Source: a virus (taxonomy: Duplodnaviria > Heunggongvirae > Uroviricota > Caudoviricetes). Taken from it: a stretch of 6,755 nucleotides of DNA. Of this stretch, positions 1 to 5,397 are shown piece after piece (within the stretch, counting starts at the first letter, position 1; every line of letters starts with the position of its first letter). The notes beneath the pieces were generated by a model, which was given only the letters and a program-made list of their open reading frames with translations, was not told where the DNA came from and ran no database searches. The position numbers and the translations under genes were made by a program. The DNA is taken from IMG/VR virus record IMGVR_UViG_2711768074_000016, positions 1 to 6,755 of that record; one strand, given 5' to 3'.

Positions 1-225
1 CTGTTCAGCGGCAAACCGATCCCCGACAACCGGGAAAACATCACTATTCGTCTGGATGATCACATTCAGTCTGTTCAGGGTAAAGAGAGCTATGAAGATG
101 AGATGTTCAGCATCAGATACTTTAAGAAGGGCTCCGCGCACATCACGTTCAGAAAACCGGAACTGGTTGATCGGCTAAATGACATCATTGCGAAGCATTA
201 TCCGGGGCAACTATCAGCCATCTGA
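1..225 (+). CDS. 3' end of a hypothetical protein (5'-truncated by the window edge); C-terminal 74 aa ...FRKPELVDRLNDIIAKHYPGQLSAI*
   Basis: Open frame 1 runs from the window edge to TGA at 223-225. It is convergent with the minus-strand operon and followed by a hairpin terminator. No family recognised from the fragment. Confidence 0.45.
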   Translation: MFSGKPIPDNRENITIRLDDHIQSVQGKESYEDEMFSIRYFKKGSAHITFRKPELVDRLNDIIAKHYPGQLSAI

Positions 226-243
226 GTCAGATGGAGAAAAAGC

Positions 244-267
244 TTACCTGACCCATTACCTGACCCA
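244..267. repeat. Perfect 12-bp tandem direct repeat (ttacctgaccca x2)
   Basis: Read directly: 244-255 equals 256-267. Lies between the stop of the plus-strand CDS and the terminator hairpin. Confidence 0.7.
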
Positions 268-282
268 ATTCAAAGGCAAAAG

Positions 283-323
283 AAAAAGGGTTAGCTGGTT
301 TATTAGCTAACCCTTTGTTGTAT
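283..323. terminator. Bidirectional intrinsic terminator between the convergent plus-strand gene and the tRNA
   Basis: 9-bp stem gggttagct (288-296) / agctaaccc (305-313) with an 8-nt loop. T-rich on the plus strand after the stem (tttgttgt) and on the minus strand after it (tttttctttt). Confidence 0.5.
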
Positions 324-324
324 A

Positions 325-400
325 TGGTGGCCCCTGCTGGACTTGAACCAGCGACCAAGCGATTATGAGTCGCTCGCTCTCACCACTGAGCTAAAGGGCC
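325..400 (-). tRNA. tRNA with anticodon CAU, tRNA-Ile2 (lysidine-type, ileX/ileZ-like) rather than tRNA-Met; 76 nt including encoded CCA
   Basis: The reverse complement folds as a canonical cloverleaf: acceptor GGCCCTT/AGGGGCC, D-stem GCTC/GAGC, anticodon stem AGCGA/TCGCT with loop CTCATAA, T-stem GCTGG/CCAGC with TTCAAGT loop, then ACCA. It is near-identical to E. coli ileX as I remember it, with a few substitutions typical of prophage copies. Confidence 0.88.
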
Positions 401-440
401 GGGAGCCGCATAATAACGACGCGTAATTAATTCTTCAATA

Positions 441-1499
441 TCATCCGTTCTGGCTGACTAAATCCTGTACTTCCCGAACCGTCTGCTCAAAACGTTCAGT
501 CTCCAGCTCAACGCCAATTGCACGACGCCCGAGCGCCAGTGCCGCTTTCACTGTCGAACCCGACCCCATGAAAAAATCTGCAATCAGGTCACCCGGACGA
601 CTGCTAGCGCTGATTATCTGCTGCAGCATTTCTGCCGGTTTTTCGCACGGATGTTTCCCGGGATAGAACTGCACCGGTTTATGCGTCCACACATCGGTAT
701 ACGGCACCTGCACCGTCACGCCAAAATACCGCCGCAGATGCTTATATTCACTCAGCAGTTCCATATACTGCCGGTTCAGCTCACTGTATGTGCTGACCAG
801 TTGGTAATGGGACTTTTCCAGTTCTCCCCGCTGATGTTTCTCTTCTGCCACCCGGGCAAACAGCGACTGTAATTTCAGATAATCGCTTTCGTTCGGTAGC
901 TGCCACTGACTGGCACTGAACCAGTGCGACACCATGTTTTTCTTTCCTGTGGCATCTGCAATCTGTTTTGCCGTTATCCCCAGGGCCGCGCGCGCATCAC
1001 GAAAGTAAGAAATCAGCGGGGCCATCACATGCTGTTTCAGTGCACTGCCCTTCGCCGCATACCCGGCATCTTTCGGACGATACGGCCCCTGATAATGTTC
1101 CGCGAACAGAATGCGCTCTGTGGCGGGGAAATACGCCCGCAGGCTTTCCTTGTTGCATCCGTTCCAGCGTCCGGACGGCTTCGCCCAGATAATATGGTTC
1201 AGCACACTGAAGCGTTCACGCATCATGATTTCGATATCAGATGCCAGGCGATGACCACAGAACAGGTAAAGACTTCCGGCAGGTTTCAGCACCCGCCAGA
1301 ACTGCGCCAGACACTGGTCCAGCCACTTCAGGTAATCATCGTCGCCCTTCCACTGGTTATCCCAGCCCTCGGGCTTCACTTTAAAGTATGGCGGGTCTGT
1401 GACTATCAGATCGACAGAGTTTTCCGGTAAGGTCTGGATAAATTCCAGGCAATCAGCGTTGATTAACTCACAACTGGATATTTTTACAGTATTAGCCAT
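441..1499 (-). CDS. DNA methyltransferase, beta-class (N6-adenine or N4-cytosine), probable phage orphan methylase, 352 aa
   Basis: Motif IV (VTDPPYF) lies near the N-terminus at residues ~33-39 and the AdoMet-binding motif I (DFFMGSGST) near the C-terminus. That permuted order is characteristic of beta-group amino-methyltransferases. No adjacent restriction endonuclease gene is visible. The RBS is weak. Confidence 0.85.
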   Translation of the reverse strand: MANTVKISSCELINADCLEFIQTLPENSVDLIVTDPPYFKVKPEGWDNQWKGDDDYLKWLDQCLAQFWRVLKPAGSLYLFCGHRLASDIEIMMRERFSVLNHIIWAKPSGRWNGCNKESLRAYFPATERILFAEHYQGPYRPKDAGYAAKGSALKQHVMAPLISYFRDARAALGITAKQIADATGKKNMVSHWFSASQWQLPNESDYLKLQSLFARVAEEKHQRGELEKSHYQLVSTYSELNRQYMELLSEYKHLRRYFGVTVQVPYTDVWTHKPVQFYPGKHPCEKPAEMLQQIISASSRPGDLIADFFMGSGSTVKAALALGRRAIGVELETERFEQTVREVQDLVSQNG

Positions 1500-1649
1500 A
1501 GATCAATAAGCACTTCTCTGATAGGCTCATACCGCTTTTGCGCAAAGCAGATGGGCCTGAGGTTTGCTTGTGACCCCAACGCATGAGCAGATGGCTGGCA
1601 GGTGCCGCTAACACCCACCAGCCGCCCATTACCACAAATAAAAAAGCCT

Positions 1650-1970
1650 TCACTGAGGAAGGCGTCTGTAACAACCGAACTGATAATCTGCCAGACCCGC
1701 CATAACAAGCTGGGTCAGTATTAACTGGCAGCGTTCGCGTGAAAGATAAGTGTTCTGCGCAATTTCCCCGGCGGTCGCCGGTTCGGTGACGCTTAATTCA
1801 TTAAACACCACTCTGGCGGTTTCGGTCATATCCTGCTGTTTTAGCATGCCTTTTTCCATTTTCCGGTTAACGTGACATACCAATAACTCTTGTCGAAAAA
1901 GCCAGCAAGTTGAAAGACCGGTATTAGCAACCACCAGCGCGTTTAACGCCCCGTGCCGTTTTTCAGTCAT
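1650..1970 (-). CDS. Hypothetical protein (106 aa), coding status uncertain; C-terminal half has a helix-turn-helix-like character
   Basis: Longest minus-strand ORF between the Q-like gene and the methylase. Its ATG directly abuts the T-tract of the upstream terminator and has no Shine-Dalgarno. Two alternative-frame ORFs overlap it (1484-1708, 1492-1674). Confidence 0.3.
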   Translation of the reverse strand: MTEKRHGALNALVVANTGLSTCWLFRQELLVCHVNRKMEKGMLKQQDMTETARVVFNELSVTEPATAGEIAQNTYLSRERCQLILTQLVMAGLADYQFGCYRRLPQ

Positions 1971-1999
1971 AAAAAAACCCGCAAAAAGCGGGCTCTTTC
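1971..1999 (-). terminator. Intrinsic terminator immediately downstream of the Q-like gene (tR'-like)
   Basis: On the minus strand: stem cccgc/gcggg with a 5-nt loop followed by seven T residues (gcccgctttttgcgggttttttt). About 80-100 nt downstream of the Q-like stop, matching the short pR'-tR' arrangement of lambdoid phages. Confidence 0.55.
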
Positions 2000-2071
2000 A
2001 AATGTCCATGTCTGCTATTCGCCTCGCGGTACAGCTTTGCGAAGCTTACCGGAATTGAAGCAGTTTTTACG

Positions 2072-2638
2072 TCAAAAAGCAATAACTTTTTTCTCTATAC
2101 CAAAAGCCATAACCATTGGTTTGTACAAAATAAATTCTGCCACCTTTAGCCAATGCTCAATGCGTCTTTCACAGGTTCTTAAACTCCATTCCGGATGTGC
2201 ATCATTCAGCAGTTCAGCCATTTTGCGCTTAGTCATCCCCCGCCCCACATAACGCTGACTCAGAACATTGAGCAGCCCGGGATAACCTGCCAGTACTTCA
2301 CCAATAACCCTGTCGATTATTAACGCCTCTGAATCGGTACAATGTGCCAGCCAGCTTTTTTGATTGCCGTTGATCATATCCCGCAAAAAAGCCTCAAGTT
2401 CAGGTTTGTCCAGACCCGCTTTTTTCATCCTCCGGAGCGCCTCGTTAATTGCCGTTTTTGTCAGCTTTTTAGAGGTCAGTAATTGGTTGAACATATTTCC
2501 CGTCTTACCGTCGCCAATATACGACCAACGCCCCCACATACGCAGTTTCCCCTGGATCCAGACACTTTCCAGCGTTTTCAGGCGTAAATGCTCACCGCTT
2601 TTGCCTGTAATTTCCGGGTATATCATATTTATGCTCAC
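2072..2638 (-). CDS. Putative late-gene antiterminator Q-like protein, 188 aa
   Basis: Position immediately after rusA and before a strong terminator, as in lambdoid nin-Q regions. The LRMWGRW motif resembles the RWGAW motif I recall in Q-like proteins such as DLP12 QuuD. The track start at 2638 is GTG and overlaps the rusA stop; an in-frame ATG at 2626 is an alternative start. Confidence 0.5.
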   Translation of the reverse strand: MSINMIYPEITGKSGEHLRLKTLESVWIQGKLRMWGRWSYIGDGKTGNMFNQLLTSKKLTKTAINEALRRMKKAGLDKPELEAFLRDMINGNQKSWLAHCTDSEALIIDRVIGEVLAGYPGLLNVLSQRYVGRGMTKRKMAELLNDAHPEWSLRTCERRIEHWLKVAEFILYKPMVMAFGIEKKVIAF

Positions 2639-2994
2639 TCACTTTCAATTTTGTAAATCTTCACGCCCAGCCGCCCACCAGAAACGAGCTGACCGCGCAC
2701 AATATTGATTTCATCAAACTGCTCGTCGTCTATAAGTAGTCCGGCATGCGTAAGCGCATCCAGTGGTGCCTTCAGGATATTGTCCAGGTCGCGGCGGCGC
2801 TTATCCGGTGGCTCTGCAATAATCTTTATCGCCAGCCTTCCGGACAGGTTTAATTTCAGCCACTGCTGGCGAACAATAAGTGCCACATCCCGGCGATAAC
2901 GCTCACCGGCTTTTGACACAAAATATGTGCTGCCACGACGTCGCCAGTAGGTGTTCACCGTCGGCGGGTAAGGCAAAACAAACTCTATACGCAT
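2635..2994 (-). CDS. rusA: Crossover junction endodeoxyribonuclease RusA (Holliday junction resolvase), 119 aa
   Basis: The translation has the RusA hallmark RRRDLDN acidic catalytic motif and is collinear with E. coli RusA, which is ~120 aa. Good RBS (aagagg, 6-nt spacer). Stop overlaps the start of the next gene. Confidence 0.9.
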   Translation of the reverse strand: MRIEFVLPYPPTVNTYWRRRGSTYFVSKAGERYRRDVALIVRQQWLKLNLSGRLAIKIIAEPPDKRRRDLDNILKAPLDALTHAGLLIDDEQFDEINIVRGQLVSGGRLGVKIYKIESE

Positions 2995-3006
2995 CAGTAA
3001 CCTCTT

Positions 3007-4056
3007 TTACCCGAGCACGCCGGTTGCAAAGGCGCGATCAAGAAAACGAAAAATTAAATCAATCTGGGAACCATGCTTTTCTTCAAATGCCAGCGGATCA
3101 GCATGAAGTTCGTTGTGATGCTCCCGGCACAACGGTAGCGTGAAAATATCGTGGGCTTTTGTCCCTATTCCGCCCTGACCATGACCAATCAGGTGATGGG
3201 GATCGTCGGCTGGCTTACCACAACACGCACACGGCTGTGTCTTTACCCAGCGCGTATATTTCTCATTTACCCAACGGCGACGTTTAGGTCGCTTCATTAA
3301 AGATTCCGGAGACTCCGGATCAACAGCAATGCTGACCACCGTCTTTTCCTGTGGCGGGTTCTGTTGCTGGTGGGCGTGAGGCAGCGGCGCAAGATTTTTT
3401 GTGCGCTGTTTCAGTATGCTGGTGGCGGTCTGCTCTCCCGGTACGATGTCGCTTTCACGGTACATTGAGCGGATTTTTTCCGCACGCAACCCCAGCGAAC
3501 GACGTAATACCGCTTCCGGTAGCGCGTCCGCCACCTGATTGCGGATCGCCCACCAGGATAATTCAGCCAGCGATAATTCCCGTTCCTGCGAGCCATTCAT
3601 TGCATGGCGTATGACGTCAATCATCCATGCAGACAGGTTTTGGTGAGCAAGTTGCCCGAGTGATTCGGAGGTCTGGTCGCGCAGCTGGTTGTCGCAGTGC
3701 CAGCACAACACCATTGCGCCGGTACCATAACGATGTATGACGGTTTCACTGTGATGGTAGTCACCATGAGGCCACTGGCAGGATTTGACATGACGCAGGA
3801 GCCAGTCAGACAGTGCGCCAGCGCCGCCAGCAGCACGAATCACACGCTCATCGCTGAAAAATGGCAGTAATGATTTATCCTCCGCCAGCGGCTGGCGAAC
3901 GGCAGGGACGACTCCGGACGGCAGACCGCGCATGCTTTTCGGTTCCGGCTCCACCAGCACCCTGCCGCAATGAAAAACCGGCAGTGATTCGCGACCGGGC
4001 TTAAGGACCACCAGCCCGAGTTCCGGTACCAGAACAGGTCGAAGTAATACCCGCAC
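3007..4056 (-). CDS. ydfU: DUF968-family prophage protein (YdfU-like), 349 aa, with a C-terminal Cys/His HNH-like motif
   Basis: Same length and N-terminus (MRVLLRPVLVPELG...) as the Qin prophage YdfU that I recall. C-terminal CACCGKPADDPHHL...CREHHNELH cluster. Tightly packed with both neighbours (1-nt gap to the upstream stop, 12-nt gap to rusA). Confidence 0.8.
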   Translation of the reverse strand: MRVLLRPVLVPELGLVVLKPGRESLPVFHCGRVLVEPEPKSMRGLPSGVVPAVRQPLAEDKSLLPFFSDERVIRAAGGAGALSDWLLRHVKSCQWPHGDYHHSETVIHRYGTGAMVLCWHCDNQLRDQTSESLGQLAHQNLSAWMIDVIRHAMNGSQERELSLAELSWWAIRNQVADALPEAVLRRSLGLRAEKIRSMYRESDIVPGEQTATSILKQRTKNLAPLPHAHQQQNPPQEKTVVSIAVDPESPESLMKRPKRRRWVNEKYTRWVKTQPCACCGKPADDPHHLIGHGQGGIGTKAHDIFTLPLCREHHNELHADPLAFEEKHGSQIDLIFRFLDRAFATGVLG

Positions 4057-4057
4057 G

Positions 4058-4336
4058 TTACCTCCAGATGCGTTGCTGGAATGTGCGGGACAGACGCGGT
4101 GGGCGTTCGGAGTAAGGAAGCCCGACGGAGATTATCCAGTGACGGTAGTCGAGGCTAAGGGCTTTTTTAACCTCGCATCCGCGCCTGCGGTAACACTGAA
4201 TGAGCCATTCGGCCTGTTCTTCAGTGCATGGGGGATGCTGGTACCAGTCTGACTTAAATGCGTGAGAATACCGCTCGTGCGTGTGGGCAAGAACGGTCGA
4301 ATTATCATGATTGTAATATTTTGCGTTGCGTGCCAT
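4058..4336 (-). CDS. Hypothetical prophage protein, 92 aa
   Basis: Strong RBS (GGAGG, 6-nt spacer before ATG at 4336). Stop immediately precedes the DUF968 start, suggesting translational coupling. No family recognised. Confidence 0.6.
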   Translation of the reverse strand: MARNAKYYNHDNSTVLAHTHERYSHAFKSDWYQHPPCTEEQAEWLIQCYRRRGCEVKKALSLDYRHWIISVGLPYSERPPRLSRTFQQRIWR

Positions 4337-4402
4337 CGGTTTCCTCCGGCGGCACGGTGTTACTCAGCGGGAGTTCAGCCCCGCGCAAGATTGTAGATGA
4401 GT

Positions 4403-4654
4403 TTATTCTTCTGAAAAAGCAGAAAAGCCAGCTTTTATTCCGATCTCTTTCAGTGCCTGTAATGAAGTGACAAACTCACCTTCGCGCAAGATAAATCCGT
4501 CTGTCACTCGACCATCCACAAAATTAATTAACGCAGCCCCATTCTTTCGCAAACACACAATGCGGTAATGACTAACAATATTTCCATTTTCAACGCACAC
4601 AGCATAGAGGCCATCTTCACAAAAAATTTTACGCAGTTCTTCGATGTTCATCAT
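4403..4654 (-). CDS. rem: Rem-like small prophage protein, 83 aa
   Basis: Same length, MMNIEELRK N-terminus and position (between hokD and the DUF968 gene) as the Qin prophage rem gene as I recall it. RBS GGAAGG with a 6-nt spacer. Confidence 0.65.
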   Translation of the reverse strand: MMNIEELRKIFCEDGLYAVCVENGNIVSHYRIVCLRKNGAALINFVDGRVTDGFILREGEFVTSLQALKEIGIKAGFSAFSEE

Positions 4655-4770
4655 CAGAATCCTTCCGGATAATTAGCTCTCCCCTTTAAGGGACCATCCC
4701 TCTTATCCCTGCGCGCTACTTAAGTATTTTTGATTCTATTCCGACACCGTCCAGAACTTCAAATGCGTTG

Positions 4771-4800
4771 AAAATAAAAACAAAAACCCGCCGAAGCGGG
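4771..4800 (-). terminator. Intrinsic terminator of the hok mRNA
   Basis: On the minus strand: stem cccgc/gcggg with a 4-nt loop followed by tttttgtttttatttt. About 70 nt downstream of the hok stop. Confidence 0.65.
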
Positions 4801-4870
4801 TTAAGTGCGGGTGCGTTGAGGATGCCTGACACATCAGCGGTGGCGAGGGATTTCTCCCCCGCCTGGTCTC

Positions 4871-5026
4871 TTACTCCTCAGGTTCGTAAGCTGTGAAGAC
4901 AGCGACCTCCGTCTGGCCGGTTCGGATTCGTACCTCGCAGAGGTCTTTCCTCGTTACCAGTGCCGTCACTATGACGGTTAAACAGATGACGATCAGGGCG
5001 ATTAACATCGCCTTTTGCTGCTTCAT
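4871..5026 (-). CDS. hokD: Hok-family type I toxin (HokD/RelF-like), 51 aa
   Basis: The translation MKQQKAMLIALIVICLTVIVTALVTRKDLCEVRIRTGQTEVAVFTAYEPEE matches HokD as I remember it. RBS AAGGAG upstream of ATG at 5026. Single transmembrane helix followed by a periplasmic tail. Confidence 0.85.
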   Translation of the reverse strand: MKQQKAMLIALIVICLTVIVTALVTRKDLCEVRIRTGQTEVAVFTAYEPEE

Positions 5027-5083
5027 AGCCTGCTTCTCCTTGCCTTTCGGCGCGTAAGAGGCTAACCTACGTTTGTGAAGCAT
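4871..5083 (-). CDS. mok-like reading frame: in-frame N-terminal extension of hok (70 aa) that gates hok translation
   Basis: ATG at 5083 with GAGG 8 nt upstream. The 19-aa extension MLHKRRLASYAPKGKEKQA parallels the MokC extension in K-12, which is likewise in frame with its hok. Confidence 0.45.
   Translation of the reverse strand: MLHKRRLASYAPKGKEKQAMKQQKAMLIALIVICLTVIVTALVTRKDLCEVRIRTGQTEVAVFTAYEPEE
5040..5068 (+). promoter_or_regulatory. Candidate promoter for a Sok-like antisense RNA (-35 TTGCCT, 17-bp spacer, -10 TAACCT)
   Basis: Hexamers read on the plus strand inside the mok/hok overlap, positioned so that a transcript would run antisense across the mok start codon and SD. Sequence pattern only. 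Confidence 0.25.
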
Positions 5084-5152
5084 AGATTGGGCCTCAGATT
5101 AATGTTAAGCGTCTTGCAGGACGCGTAATGTTAACTGGGGCTTTTCTCTGTC
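5075..5152 (+). ncRNA. Putative Sok-like antisense RNA complementary to the mok translation initiation region
   Basis: Inferred from the candidate promoter plus a downstream hairpin (gcgtc...gacgc at 5111-5126, enclosed by gcctcag/ctggggc) followed by ttttctc. Ends are not defined. Confidence 0.2.
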
Positions 5153-5237
5153 TGCCTTACGGTGGCATGCCCGAGGCAGACAGCCTCAAGCACCCGCAGC
5201 AATTCTACTTAACTCCCGTCACCTCGCCAATATAAAA

Positions 5238-5327
5238 TCAATCAGAAAGGCGATCCATAAGAACAATAGCAAGACAATAAATTGCCACTACAGCCGCAAT
5301 AGCCAGCGCGCATTTGAGAACCAGCAC
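5238..5327 (-). CDS. Possible small hydrophobic protein, 29 aa (VLVLKCALAIAAVVAIYCLAIVLMDRLSD, GTG start)
   Basis: Consensus AGGAGG Shine-Dalgarno 5 nt upstream of GTG at 5327. Single predicted transmembrane segment with a charged C-terminus. Starts ~70 nt downstream of the SIR2-like gene stop on the same strand. Below the ORF-track size cutoff; unverified. Confidence 0.25.
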   Translation of the reverse strand: MLVLKCALAIAAVVAIYCLAIVLMDRLSD

Positions 5328-5397
5328 GATAACCTCCTGTATTGGACGTACACCAGCTCTGATAAATATGAGGCTGCCTCTTTAACTTCGCATTGCG

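Noticed and set aside
325-400. tRNA as a chromosomal attachment site marking the prophage end
   Set aside because: The tRNA differs at several positions from chromosomal ileX as I recall it, and is flanked by Q, a methylase and a terminator rather than an integrase, fitting a phage-borne tRNA in the late region.
1-440. Shiga toxin genes, because the Q-tRNA arrangement resembles Stx phages
   Set aside because: No stxA/stxB-like frames are present between Q and the window edge; the downstream genes are a methylase and one tRNA.
651-1430. Plus-strand ORFs 651-872, 924-1430 and 968-1192
   Set aside because: They lie entirely antisense within the well-supported methyltransferase CDS, have low-complexity Arg/His/Pro-rich translations typical of antisense frames, and no RBS.
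1484-1708. Minus-strand ORFs 1484-1708 and 1492-1674
   Set aside because: They overlap each other, the methylase start and the 106-aa frame; the former begins at TTG; none has an RBS. Left uncalled and treated as part of an ambiguous region.
1953-3143. Plus-strand ORFs 1953-2252, 2364-2708, 2705-2899 and 2880-3143
   Set aside because: Antisense to the Q-like, rusA and DUF968 genes, which form a tightly packed minus-strand operon; no independent support.
3351-3836. ORFs 3351-3614 (+), 3411-3596 (-) and 3621-3836 (-)
   Set aside because: Nested inside the 349-aa DUF968 CDS in other frames or on the opposite strand, in a GC-rich stretch where spurious ORFs are expected.
4258-4470. Plus-strand 70-aa ORF
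   Set aside because: Spans the junction between the 92-aa gene and rem on the opposite strand, both of which have good RBSs; likely antisense artefact.
5129-5236. Plus-strand 35-codon ORF (MLTGAFLCLPYGGMPEADSLKHPQQFYLTPVTSPI)
   Set aside because: No Shine-Dalgarno, and it overlaps the hok leader region where RNA structure rather than coding is expected.
5084-5397. relBE remnant upstream of hok, as in the K-12 Qin relB-relE-hokD arrangement
   Set aside because: No reading frame here resembles RelE or RelB by eye; the only plausible ORF is the 29-aa hydrophobic peptide.
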